A DNA stretch of 32,000 bases from Patescibacteria group bacterium (lineage in GTDB: Bacteria; Patescibacteriota; UBA1384; XYA2-FULL-43-10): the NCBI GenBank assembly GCA_041674405.1, contig JBAYVT010000001.1, positions 1 to 32,000 on the forward strand, in the 5' to 3' direction. A program made the position numbers and the translations under genes. Under the pieces are notes generated by a model. The model was not told the DNA's origin. It made no database searches and worked only from the letters and a program-made list of their open reading frames with translations. How positions within the stretch are numbered: position 1 is the first letter of the stretch; every line of letters begins with the position of its first letter. This document shows positions 23,143 through 32,000 of this stretch, in pieces.

Positions 23143-24223
23143 TGTATGTTAGATTAATTATTTTTAATGTTTCTTGTGCGGTTCTTTCCCAGCTAAATTC
23201 TTTTAATCTCTCGGAACCCTTTTGGACCAACTTTTGCCCAAGTTTTTTATCACTGATCAGCTTGTAAATAGCATCAGCAATTTCGTTTTGTTTATGCGGG
23301 TTGAAAAAGACTGCTGCATCACCTGCTGCTTCAGGAATCGAAGATGCATTTGAACATGCAATTGGCGTTTGTGCCGCAAATGATTCAAGTATGGGAATAC
23401 CAAAACCTTCATATAAAGAAGGATAAACAAATACATCAGCGTTTATATATAATCCGGGCAAATCTTTCTCTTGAATAAAACCAGGAATGATAACATCTTT
23501 TGAAAGATTGCCTAGTGCACGAATTTCGCGGTCAATTTCCCCAAAACGAAATCCTCTTTTTCCTGCAATTACCAATTTGTGCGTAATTTCCGGGTGATCT
23601 TTTCTCAAAATTCCATAGGCGGCAACAAGATTTCTAGTATTTTTGCGTTCCTCCAGCCTGCCTACGGACAAAATATAGCTTTGTTTGGTTGGCCTATAAT
23701 TAGAACTTTGTTTAAATTGATTTTTATCGTATCCGAGGTGGATGACCCCCATAATTTGATTATATTTTGGGTAGAAATGCTTAAAATCATTCATAGTCTG
23801 TTGGCTGATAAATATAATTGCATTGGCTTTTGCTGCTGCCCTGCCAAGAGATAATTTTTGTAAAAAACGATCTTTTTGAGAATATGCTTTAGGAAAAAAT
23901 TTTGATCCGAAGTCGTGAATGACGGGAATCATTTTCACTCCATTTACAAGTGGTAACATGTATCCTGGAGAAATAAAAACGTCTGGGTTGGTAGCTTGTA
24001 TCAGCCGCGGCAATTTTAAATTATGCCAAAAACGTGCTTGAGAAGAAATTATAAACTTGGCATTTTTAAATTTTTGCGGAAATTGAATCGGGGCATCACT
24101 ATATAAAATGTAATTATTCTTTTTGTCCAAAATAAGTAAATGATAGATAAGCTCAAAAGCGAAGTTTTCAACTCCTGTTTTTTTCTCTTTCGCTGCTTGT
24201 GATGCATCAATTCCGATCAGCAT
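23132..24223 (-). CDS. GT4-family glycosyltransferase
   Basis: 363 aa with PSLYEGFGIPILESFAAQTPIACS. There is an 11-nt overlap with the next gene. Confidence 0.9.
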   Translation of the reverse strand: MLIGIDASQAAKEKKTGVENFAFELIYHLLILDKKNNYILYSDAPIQFPQKFKNAKFIISSQARFWHNLKLPRLIQATNPDVFISPGYMLPLVNGVKMIPVIHDFGSKFFPKAYSQKDRFLQKLSLGRAAAKANAIIFISQQTMNDFKHFYPKYNQIMGVIHLGYDKNQFKQSSNYRPTKQSYILSVGRLEERKNTRNLVAAYGILRKDHPEITHKLVIAGKRGFRFGEIDREIRALGNLSKDVIIPGFIQEKDLPGLYINADVFVYPSLYEGFGIPILESFAAQTPIACSNASSIPEAAGDAAVFFNPHKQNEIADAIYKLISDKKLGQKLVQKGSERLKEFSWERTAQETLKIINLTYNGK

Positions 24224-24245
24224 TGCACTCCTCAGATGAAATTAC

Positions 24246-24332
24246 CTCACAGAATGATCACACAGAAAGGCACAGAACAAACTGACAACTATGATGCATT
24301 TCTGTGTAAATCTGTGAAAAAATTCTGTGATG
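24246..24332. repeat. 3+3 inverted array of the heptamer CACAGAA/TTCTGTG
   Basis: CACAGAA occurs at 24248, 24261 and 24271. The inverse (T)TCTGTG occurs at 24300, 24311 and 24323. The array fills the 109-nt gap between the mreB stop and the GT4 start and can fold as a three-segment imperfect hairpin. Confidence 0.6.
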
Positions 24333-25343
24333 TTATTGTTCTTTTGCCCATAAAATGGATTTTTTGTACGATTCCAGATTGTCCAGGGCGATTCCGGCGC
24401 CTTTTACACAACATAACTCCGGATCCTCGGCTGTTTCGCATGGAACGCCCGTAACCCGCGTCATGAGTGTGTCTAAATCGCGCAGCTTTGCACCGCCGCC
24501 TGTCAGTATAATTCCTTTATCCATAACATCCGAGGCTAGTTCGGGGGGGGTTTTCTGAAGAACCTCTTTTACAGCATTTATTATTTCCAAAAGAGGAGAC
24601 TTCACAGCCTTAACCATATCTTCCGAAGAAATCATTATGCTTTCCGGTAAACCCGTTACGGCATTTGATCCCGAAATTTCCGTTTTTTGTTCCCTCTTTA
24701 CCGGCATAGCGGAGCCAATTTTCTTTTTTATTTCTTCTGCTGTCTGGTCGCCGATAATCAGATTGAATTTTTTACGAATGTAATTCGCAATAGCGGAATC
24801 AATTTTCATTCCACCAACTCTCGCAGAGGATGAGGCTACGATATCTCCAAGTGCGATTACCGCAACTTCTGATGTCCCACCGCCAATGTCTATAATCATA
24901 TTGCCTGAGGCGGTGGCTATCGGAATTCCTGCGCCAAGCGCGGCGGCGATAGGTTGCTTGATAATATAAGCGTGTTTTGCTCCTGCAGAAATACAAGCAT
25001 CAACAACGGCACGCTTTTCAGTAGAAGTGACCCCTGCCGGGACAGTAATCATGACCTCTGGCTTTGAAAATCGAATCCTACCGAGAATTCTATCTAGAAA
25101 ATTTTTTAGCATTGATTCGGTAACTTTGTAATTTGCAATCACACCATCCTTCAATGGATATGCTGCAATAATACTCTCTGGTGTCCGCCCCAACATTTCT
25201 TTTGCGTTCTGCCCTATCGCCATAATTTTATTGTCTGATGCTTGCAAAGCAACAACAGAAGGCTCGTTTATTACAACGCCTTTTTTGGGCAAATAGACGA
25301 GAACGTTCGTGGTCCCCAGATCGATTGCGACTTTTTTCGACAT
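24333..25343 (-). CDS. mreB: Rod-shape-determining actin homologue MreB
   Basis: IDLGTTNVLVY, DIGGGTSEVAVI and GIILTGGGAKLRDLD. 336 aa. Confidence 0.95.
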   Translation of the reverse strand: MSKKVAIDLGTTNVLVYLPKKGVVINEPSVVALQASDNKIMAIGQNAKEMLGRTPESIIAAYPLKDGVIANYKVTESMLKNFLDRILGRIRFSKPEVMITVPAGVTSTEKRAVVDACISAGAKHAYIIKQPIAAALGAGIPIATASGNMIIDIGGGTSEVAVIALGDIVASSSARVGGMKIDSAIANYIRKKFNLIIGDQTAEEIKKKIGSAMPVKREQKTEISGSNAVTGLPESIMISSEDMVKAVKSPLLEIINAVKEVLQKTPPELASDVMDKGIILTGGGAKLRDLDTLMTRVTGVPCETAEDPELCCVKGAGIALDNLESYKKSILWAKEQ

Positions 25344-26602
25344 TATTTCCTTACAATATTAGTCCCAAGCGAATGAAGTTTCTCGTCGATTTTTTCATAT
25401 CCACGGTCAATTAGTTCAATGTTGTTTATGGTGGTGGTTCCATTAGCGATCAAGGCAGCTGCTACAAGCGCTGCTCCGCCACGAATGTCATTGCTTTCGA
25501 TTTCGCACCCCACAAGTGGCTCTGGCCCATAAACATAGACGATGTGCGGGCTTTCAACAGCAATGTTTGCGCCCATTTTTTTAAGCTCGCTAATGTATGC
25601 AAATCTGCTTTCGAAAAGAGTTTCAAATATCCTGGTTGGCCCGTCTGACTGGGTGGAGAGAGCGGCATAAACTGATTGTAAATCTGTTGGAAAGCCTGGA
25701 TATGTCCGCGGGTCAATATCGATGGATTCTAGTTCACCGCGTTTTTGGGTGATAATATTATATTTCCCATCTTTGTTTTTGATGCTGAAATTAGCACCCA
25801 TGTCAGCAAGCTTTTTAAGCACAATTGCCATATGGTCCGGTATGACATCGTAGATTTCTATACAAGAATTTGTGGCAACTGCCATGCAGAGAAAAGTTCC
25901 TGCCTCAATACGGTCTGGTATAACCCGATGCGTTACCCCATGAAGTTCACTCACACCTTCAATCGTAAGTTTGTGGGTGTCTTTTCCCTGGATTTTTGCG
26001 CCCATTGAATTTAGAAAATCAATCAAATCGCCTATCTCTGGCTCAGCATTGGCAACGGAAATGGTCGTGGTTCCACTGGCCATCACAGCAGTCATAATGG
26101 CGTTTTCTGTTGCTGTTACCGAAAGTTCGGGCAATATAATATCGGCCGCCTTTGGTTTTCCGGTCAAAGAATATGAATCGTCATGCTCTTCAACGCTTAT
26201 TTCGAATTGTTTCATGACGTTTAAATGGCTATCGATAGGCCGTGCCCCTATCAGGCATCCGCCGGGTTGGGCAAATGTAACTTTGCCAAATTTTCCGACC
26301 ATTGGCCCGGCCATTACTATTGATCCCCTCAGTTTCTTGGTTAAATTTCTATCCAAGTTTGTGCTGTTTATTGGCCGAGGGTCTATGGTAACAGAATTTC
26401 CATCGACATCAATTTTGGCACCGATCGATCTGATAATGTCCTCAAGGGTACGAATATCAGCGATATTAGGAACATTGTGAATAGTTGAAGGAGAATCCGC
26501 CATGATTGCTGCGGGAATTATTTTGAGGGCGGCATTTTTAGCCCCGGAAACTTTGACCATTCCCGATAAATCGGCGCTTCCTTCAATTACAAATTTTGCC
26601 AT
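25343..26602 (-). CDS. murA: UDP-N-acetylglucosamine 1-carboxyvinyltransferase
   Basis: 419 aa with VSGAKNAALKIIPAA and the catalytic-Cys loop QPGGCLIGARPID. The stop overlaps the mreB ATG by 1 nt (TAATG). Confidence 0.95.
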   Translation of the reverse strand: MAKFVIEGSADLSGMVKVSGAKNAALKIIPAAIMADSPSTIHNVPNIADIRTLEDIIRSIGAKIDVDGNSVTIDPRPINSTNLDRNLTKKLRGSIVMAGPMVGKFGKVTFAQPGGCLIGARPIDSHLNVMKQFEISVEEHDDSYSLTGKPKAADIILPELSVTATENAIMTAVMASGTTTISVANAEPEIGDLIDFLNSMGAKIQGKDTHKLTIEGVSELHGVTHRVIPDRIEAGTFLCMAVATNSCIEIYDVIPDHMAIVLKKLADMGANFSIKNKDGKYNIITQKRGELESIDIDPRTYPGFPTDLQSVYAALSTQSDGPTRIFETLFESRFAYISELKKMGANIAVESPHIVYVYGPEPLVGCEIESNDIRGGAALVAAALIANGTTTINNIELIDRGYEKIDEKLHSLGTNIVRK

Positions 26603-26744
26603 ATTTTTTCCTTGATAAATTCAGTTACATTCTATTCTAAATAGCTACTAAATTCAAGATGAGTATCATTTGTGGCGCAGAGATTAATGACAGCACAATT
26701 TACAACTTATAGCCATATTCCAGCTATTGTGCTATATTTTTTTC

Positions 26745-27461
26745 ATGACTAATAAAAGAGTTAAGCGGTTACCAAAAATTATTCTAGGGCAACTGGCCGT
26801 AATACTTGTAATTGTGATAATTGCGTCTGGGCTTATTTTTTATGCCCAAGGATATAAGATCAACTTGAAAAATTTTAAGGTTATTCGCACAGGAATGATA
26901 CTGCTGGTTACAGACCCGACTCCGGATCATATTGTTATTAATGGCATAGAAGAAAATAACACGAGCGAGTACTCTAAAACTTTCACATCTGGTTATTATG
27001 ATATCACCATATCAAAAGATAAATACCAGAATTGGCACAGATCTGTTTTTATTGATCCTGGAAAACTTGTAACGTTTAAAGAGATAAAACTATTTCTAAA
27101 AGATCCAGAAGTCTCTGAGCTGACTGATCAGTCAAAAATTAATTTTTTGAATACTCCAAATAGCTATTTGGCCGAAAATTCCACAAACGACCTTACATTT
27201 AATCGGTACGAAATTTGGGTTAATGGATCACTGCTAACGCGATTTTCATCTCAAATAAATTCACCAATGTGGTATCCTGACGACGATCATATCGTATATC
27301 AAATTGGTAACGAGATTCACGTTATTGATAAATCTGGATATAACGACACAAAGCTCGTTACTCTGAGCACCAACAATCCTACTCGATTTACAATCGGCAA
27401 TAAGGGAAGAGAGCTATATTTTCTAGATGGTGAAAGTTATAAGATAGCCGATATCCGATAA
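26745..27461 (+). CDS. Membrane-anchored PEGA-domain-like protein
   Basis: N-terminal TM helix followed by the PEGA-like segment LLVTDPTPDHIVINGIEE...GYYDITISKDKYQNWHRSVFIDPGKLV. The ATG at 26745 is preferred over the TTG at 26727. Confidence 0.55.
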   Translation: MTNKRVKRLPKIILGQLAVILVIVIIASGLIFYAQGYKINLKNFKVIRTGMILLVTDPTPDHIVINGIEENNTSEYSKTFTSGYYDITISKDKYQNWHRSVFIDPGKLVTFKEIKLFLKDPEVSELTDQSKINFLNTPNSYLAENSTNDLTFNRYEIWVNGSLLTRFSSQINSPMWYPDDDHIVYQIGNEIHVIDKSGYNDTKLVTLSTNNPTRFTIGNKGRELYFLDGESYKIADIR

Positions 27462-27462
27462 C

Positions 27463-28230
27463 CTATCTCGCATAAGGCAGAGTCTGGCTGTCAGTTTTGT
27501 TTTTGTTGATGTTGTTCAGGGCTGGGTCGGGATTCGTTTGCGATGCAACAATAACAAGGCGATTTATGCTAGTTCCGACTGGTGTGCATGTGACAAGTGT
27601 AAGAATTGAGTCTTTTCCCTGATTCAAAACAGACAGATCGTCAGGTTTCGTAATGAAAATTTTCGAAACGGTATAAGTGAAAAGCCTGCTTTGATATTTG
27701 ATAAAAATTTTATCACCGACAACAACCCTATTTAATGTTGCAAAAATACTTTTATATTTTCCCGGAGCCCAAAGATAGTTCGAACTATGTCCCGTAATAA
27801 ATATGTTTCCAATTTCTCCCGGGTCGGCAGTTCCTGCCAAATGTATTGTGCCGTTTTCGAGAGCTTTTGATGTGGTATCAGGGCTGTTAACCACGTCCCA
27901 AGTGATTGGAGCATTAATTCCAATTCTTTGCACATAAATTGTGTTGTCTGAAATCGATATTGTTCCGGAGCGCGAGCCCGATGCATTATTGTCGTTGGTA
28001 GTTGTGCCACTACTTGTAACGCCGGGGTTTTCTGAAGTTCCTTGTGAAATGTCGCTTTTATACCAATAATTAATTTTTGTAAGTACCGCTGGACCATTGA
28101 TTAAAAGAAAAACACCAGCAGCCAAAAAAATCGTGAGAATTATATATAAAGCATATAAAGAACGGCGAGGATTTTTATTTTTTTTCCCCGCAAAAATGTT
28201 TTCAAGATCCTGTTCGGTAAATGATTTCAT
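27463..28230 (-). CDS. Sortase-family transpeptidase
   Basis: N-terminal TM anchor, catalytic His (ITGHSS), the TLVTC cysteine motif and a downstream Arg (INRLVIVA). Confidence 0.85.
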   Translation of the reverse strand: MKSFTEQDLENIFAGKKNKNPRRSLYALYIILTIFLAAGVFLLINGPAVLTKINYWYKSDISQGTSENPGVTSSGTTTNDNNASGSRSGTISISDNTIYVQRIGINAPITWDVVNSPDTTSKALENGTIHLAGTADPGEIGNIFITGHSSNYLWAPGKYKSIFATLNRVVVGDKIFIKYQSRLFTYTVSKIFITKPDDLSVLNQGKDSILTLVTCTPVGTSINRLVIVASQTNPDPALNNINKNKTDSQTLPYAR

Positions 28231-28249
28231 ATATGATGTTTATATTTGA

Positions 28250-28334
28250 TGGTGCCGCAGCCCGGACTCGAACCGGGATGGATTTCTCCACACGATTTTG
28301 AGTCGTGCGTGTCTACCAATTCCACCACAGCGGC
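28250..28334 (-). tRNA. tRNA-Leu (anticodon CAA), CCA encoded
   Basis: The minus strand reads GCCGCTGTGGTGGAATTGGTAGACACGCACGACTCAAAATCGTGTGGAGAAATCCATCCCGGTTCGAGTCCGGGCTGCGGCACCA. It has a Leu-type D-loop (GGAATTGGTAGAC), an anticodon stem CACGA/TCGTG with loop CTCAAAA, a long variable arm TGGA-GAAA-TCCA and a T-arm CCCGG-TTCGAGT-CCGGG. There is one T-T mismatch in the acceptor stem. Confidence 0.9.
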
Positions 28335-28423
28335 GCAGTTAATTATCACTCGTTAATTCTAGCAAAAAATCGGTTTAAACTCAATTGTAAATTATTGTAT
28401 AATGGTTCGGGAGGGATTTTTTA

Positions 28424-30025
28424 ATGTTTGAAAATAATCTATTTAAACGTTCCAAAAACAACGGCTTTAAAAAGTCTCCGCTTGTGTTGATTGTTTTAGA
28501 TGGTTGGGGAATCGCCCCGTCTTGGGGAGGAAATGCAATAACATTATCATCTACTCCGGTGTTTGATGGTCTCTTGCGTGAATATCCATCCACCGCCCTA
28601 CAAGCTTCTGGCCTAGCTGTTGGCCTTCCGGACGGCGCGCCTGGCAACTCTGAAGCTGGACATTTAAATATCGGGGCTGGAAGAATTGTACACCAAGATA
28701 TCTCACTTATCGATTCAGCGATAGAAAACGGAGATTTTTTTAAAAACGATATTCTCCGTGAAACATATGAACATGCAGAAAAAAACGAGAGCAACATTCA
28801 CATTATGGGGCTCTTGTCTGATGTTGGCACGCATAGCCACATACGGCATCTGGATGCATTGCTTAAGTATTTTAAAGATAAAAATTTTAATCGGATATAC
28901 ATTCATCTTTTTTCTGATGGCAGAGATTCTGATCCGATGTATGGAATTGAGCTAATTGGCAAGGTTAACAAAATAATTGAAGGCGCTGGTATTGGCAGGA
29001 TCGAATCTATCATGGGCCGTTTTTATGCAATGGACCGCGATAACCGCTGGGGGCGCACAGCCCGTGCTTATAATTGTTTTGTCCGATCTGAGGCAGAATC
29101 GGTAGAAAACGCTAACGAAGTTTTTTCCAGATCATATGCTGCTGGCACAACCGATGAATTTATTGAGCCAAGAATAATTAATAATAAAAATTTTCATTTC
29201 GTTCCCATCCGGGATAATGATTCAATAATAATTTTTAATTTTAGATATGACAGGGTCAACCAACTAATTGATTGTTTCGTTAAAGATTCGATTGATCGCT
29301 TTCCCGACCATAGAAAGCTCCAAAACCTTTTTGTTTCTTCCTTTGCGAACAGCTCTGATATGACAAAATTTAAAACGATTATACAAGCTCCTAAAATAGA
29401 AAATCCGATTGCCAAAGTTTTATCAGAAAACGGCTTGAAGCAATTACATATTGCTGAAACAGAGAAATTTCCTCATGTAACCTATTTTTTTAATGGTGGC
29501 ATTGATGAGGCAAACAAGAATGAAGACCGGTTAAGAATTCCCTCGCCCAAGGTTCGAACATACGACCTTAAGCCTGAAATGAGTGCCGATAAGGTTTTAA
29601 AGTCTGTACTCTCTGCGCTGAATAAAAATATTTATGATTTTTATGTTGTAAATTTTGCCAATCCTGACATGGTGGGCCATACCGGAAATTTAAAGGCTAC
29701 CATGCACGCTGTTTCGTTCGTCGACCAGTGCCTTGGACAGATAATACTTAGTATCCAGAGTAAAAACGGAACCGCGGTAATATGCGCTGACCATGGTAAC
29801 GCCGAACAAATGGTTAATCCGCAAACCGGTGATCCGGATACGGAACACACGACCAATCCTGTTCCGTTTATTGTGGTAAGTGATAATTTGAAAGATAAAA
29901 TTTCACTCAACTCAAACGGCTCGTTATCAAATATTGCCCCGAGTATTTTGGATCTTTTGAATATAGATGTTCCAAATGAAATGAAAACCAAAGAAAGTTT
30001 AATCATAAAACGGGAGATGATTTAG
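28424..30025 (+). CDS. gpmI: 2,3-bisphosphoglycerate-independent phosphoglycerate mutase
   Basis: 533 aa with all the hallmark motifs: LIVLDGWG, GNSEAGHLNIGAGR, DVGTHSH, FSDGRDS, AMDRDNRW, NFANPDMVGHTG, ADHGNAE and TEHT. Confidence 0.95.
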   Translation: MFENNLFKRSKNNGFKKSPLVLIVLDGWGIAPSWGGNAITLSSTPVFDGLLREYPSTALQASGLAVGLPDGAPGNSEAGHLNIGAGRIVHQDISLIDSAIENGDFFKNDILRETYEHAEKNESNIHIMGLLSDVGTHSHIRHLDALLKYFKDKNFNRIYIHLFSDGRDSDPMYGIELIGKVNKIIEGAGIGRIESIMGRFYAMDRDNRWGRTARAYNCFVRSEAESVENANEVFSRSYAAGTTDEFIEPRIINNKNFHFVPIRDNDSIIIFNFRYDRVNQLIDCFVKDSIDRFPDHRKLQNLFVSSFANSSDMTKFKTIIQAPKIENPIAKVLSENGLKQLHIAETEKFPHVTYFFNGGIDEANKNEDRLRIPSPKVRTYDLKPEMSADKVLKSVLSALNKNIYDFYVVNFANPDMVGHTGNLKATMHAVSFVDQCLGQIILSIQSKNGTAVICADHGNAEQMVNPQTGDPDTEHTTNPVPFIVVSDNLKDKISLNSNGSLSNIAPSILDLLNIDVPNEMKTKESLIIKREMI

Positions 30026-31591
30026 TTGGAAAAGATTACTTCGAAAAAAGTTTGTTTGATAATACTGGACGGCTGGGGTTTCTCGCTAAATCGCGCTGGA
30101 AATGCAATTTTTTTAGCTGGCCCAAGGAACTTCGATAATTTATGGCAATCATATGGCCATGCAGTTCTATCGACTCATAGCAATTTACAGAAAAATAACG
30201 ATGATAGTATTAATTCTCAAATTTGTTATACACAAATCTCGGCTGGTCGATTTGTTAAAAGCGAATCTCAAATCATTGCTGATGAATTTACGAGCGGAAA
30301 TTTTTTAGAAAATGAGGTTTTAAACAACACATTTTTAAATGCAATTTCCCATGACTCAAACGTTCATTTTGTTTGTCCAATAGATGAAAGTGAATATTCC
30401 CTGGAATATATATATGGCCTTCTAAAAATGGCATCATCGTATCAGGAGGTTTCTGTATATATCCACTTGGTAATTTCAAAGGATAACTCATACCAGGAAC
30501 TTTACCAAGTCCTGGACAAGATAAAAGATTCTACCTCAAAGACCAGTAATTGCATCATTGCATCAATATTCGGAAGTGATTATTCAGCGTATGACATAAC
30601 GGAATATTCAAAAATTCTTTCGGCCTACAATGCAATCATTTGGGGCGAAGGAAAACAATATTTTGAGATATCGCAAGTCCTAAAGTCCAACGAGGAAAAA
30701 AATGTCAGACCCCACCAAATTGAGCCATCCATTATCGTAAACGATGGTAAAGCCGTAGGAATTTCATCAGATTTCGATAACTTTATATTTAGTTCAGTAA
30801 CAGGTGAACCAGTCAAAATGCTTTTTATATCTCTGGCTAATGGTATAAAAAGCGTAAAATCACGCCGAAAATTTAATCTTAAGCTTATTCCGTTTGCTGA
30901 TTATTTACACACTAAAAGTGTAAGTTGTGATCATGTATTCAAAAGTGTGGCAATATCGCCAAACTTATCGGAGATTATTAGTAAGTCTGGGATTGGTCAA
31001 TTTCACGTTGGGGAAAGCATAAATGAAGATGAAGTAAGTTTTTATTTTAATGGCAGGATATCAAATAATTTTCCTGAAGAAAAAATTATGATTGTCACGT
31101 CTTCTGAAAACTCTGCAAAGAACCATGGTTTGTCTTCGTCTTATATTGCCAAAGTAACGATTGACCAAATGATGAAGAACAAAGAGTGTTTTATTGTCGC
31201 CGGCTTTGCAAATGTTGATTATTTTGCTCATACTAAAGATGTGAGATCTACCGCCTTGGCAGTAGCCGCGCTTGATGATTGTTTAAAATTAATTTATGAC
31301 GCATCGATAAGAACAAACACAACTCTGGTGATTACGGGAAGTCACGGAAACGCGGAAAATATGGCAAGAAGTGCCAATTTAGATACGTTCTCGAAAAGTC
31401 CTGTTCCTTTCATTGTCGTTTCACCGGAAACGAGAAAAAACACAACCTCTCAATTCAGACAGGTAAATTTTTCAAGCATGATTTCTTTGAAACATTCAAT
31501 TTGTGATATTGCCCCAACAATTTTAAACATCATGGATATTAAAATTCCATCAGAGTTTTCCGGGAGAAGTCTTATAAATTATTTAGAATAG
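30026..31591 (+). CDS. Divergent iPGM paralogue with degenerate catalytic motifs (possible pseudoenzyme)
   Basis: A TTG start directly follows the gpmI stop, with GGGAG upstream. It is collinear with iPGM (LIILDGWG, INSQ, FYFNGR, GFANVDYFAHTKD, GSHGNAE). However, GGVHSH, DGRD, MDRD, the D of DHGN and the H of EHT are all replaced. Confidence 0.8.
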   Translation: MEKITSKKVCLIILDGWGFSLNRAGNAIFLAGPRNFDNLWQSYGHAVLSTHSNLQKNNDDSINSQICYTQISAGRFVKSESQIIADEFTSGNFLENEVLNNTFLNAISHDSNVHFVCPIDESEYSLEYIYGLLKMASSYQEVSVYIHLVISKDNSYQELYQVLDKIKDSTSKTSNCIIASIFGSDYSAYDITEYSKILSAYNAIIWGEGKQYFEISQVLKSNEEKNVRPHQIEPSIIVNDGKAVGISSDFDNFIFSSVTGEPVKMLFISLANGIKSVKSRRKFNLKLIPFADYLHTKSVSCDHVFKSVAISPNLSEIISKSGIGQFHVGESINEDEVSFYFNGRISNNFPEEKIMIVTSSENSAKNHGLSSSYIAKVTIDQMMKNKECFIVAGFANVDYFAHTKDVRSTALAVAALDDCLKLIYDASIRTNTTLVITGSHGNAENMARSANLDTFSKSPVPFIVVSPETRKNTTSQFRQVNFSSMISLKHSICDIAPTILNIMDIKIPSEFSGRSLINYLE

Positions 31592-31598
31592 AGGCACA

Positions 31599-32000
31599 AT
31601 GCAAACCACAATCGAAGTATCGGCTCGCCACATTCATCTTACTGCGGAAGATTTTGAAAAATTATTTGGAAAATCTGAAATGTCGATACGAAATAATTTA
31701 AGCCAAAAGGGTGAATTTGCCTCAAATGAAACCCTTGAGGTTGTTGGTCCCAAAAGCAGAATTGTTAAGGTTCGGGTTCTTGGCCCGTTTAGGGAAAAAT
31801 CACAATTGGAAATATCCAGGACTGATAGCGTATCCTTGGGAATAGATGCTCCCTATTTAGAATCTGGCGATGGAAACGGAGCTAGAATTAGAATTATAGG
31901 ATCTAAAGGTGAAATTATCGATAATATAGCTATTGTTGCCATGCGCCATATTCACTTATCTCCCCTAAATGCACAAAAAGCCGGAGTATCCGACGGGGAC
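31599..32000 (+). CDS. pduL: Phosphate propanoyl/acetyl-transferase PduL (5' partial, runs off the window)
   Basis: Hand translation gives MQTTIEVSARHIHLTAEDFEKLFG...IVAMRHIHLSPLNAQKAGVSDGD. The two RHxHL repeats are characteristic of PduL. The frame is open to the window end and the ORF is not in the track. Confidence 0.8.
   Translation, partial: MQTTIEVSARHIHLTAEDFEKLFGKSEMSIRNNLSQKGEFASNETLEVVGPKSRIVKVRVLGPFREKSQLEISRTDSVSLGIDAPYLESGDGNGARIRIIGSKGEIIDNIAIVAMRHIHLSPLNAQKAGVSDGD

Noticed and set aside
1-32000. Search for CRISPR arrays, IS elements or transposases, integrases, reverse transcriptases and prophage structural genes
   Set aside because: I saw no regularly spaced direct repeats, no DDE, serine- or tyrosine-recombinase or RT motifs in any ORF, and no terminal inverted repeats flanking the GC-rich islands.

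Overview
The backbone is AT-rich: two 60-nt host lines I hand-counted gave 23/60 and 26/60 G+C. Genes are tightly packed. The gene content suggests an uncultivated monoderm, CPR/Patescibacteria-like bacterium, but this is inference only. Recognisable backbone genes are a GNAT acetyltransferase, a membrane-anchored DsbA-like oxidoreductase, and a heliorhodopsin lying directly behind a PLDc_N/ABC-2 exporter on the same strand. Others are TypA/BipA, a DEAD-box helicase, PPDK, a DUF2207 membrane protein and a small EF-like beta-barrel protein. There is also a cell-envelope operon (murA-mreB-GT4-GT4-WecB/TagA-like), a sortase, tRNA-Leu(CAA), two tandem iPGM genes (the second with degenerate catalytic motifs) and the 5' part of pduL. 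The main anomaly is four sharply bounded GC-rich islands at about 6121-6705, 11457-12960, 15837-16741 and 20056-21125. One 60-nt island line has 41/60 G+C. Together they carry six ORFs with GC3-rich codons. Five have a sigma70-like -35/N17/-10 promoter, all six have a Shine-Dalgarno sequence, and five have a clear hairpin terminator. The sixth (20715-21077) lacks a clear promoter and has only an imperfect terminator. I recognise no protein family in any of the six and see no integrase, transposase, terminal repeats or CRISPR. They may be parts of an undescribed accessory system, independent recent acquisitions, or a chimeric or engineered composite. The sequence alone cannot separate these options. 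Secondary observations are a possible structured RNA at 17610-17818, a 3+3 inverted CACAGAA heptamer array downstream of mreB, a strong 5'-UTR hairpin in island 2, and a 21-nt dispersed repeat.
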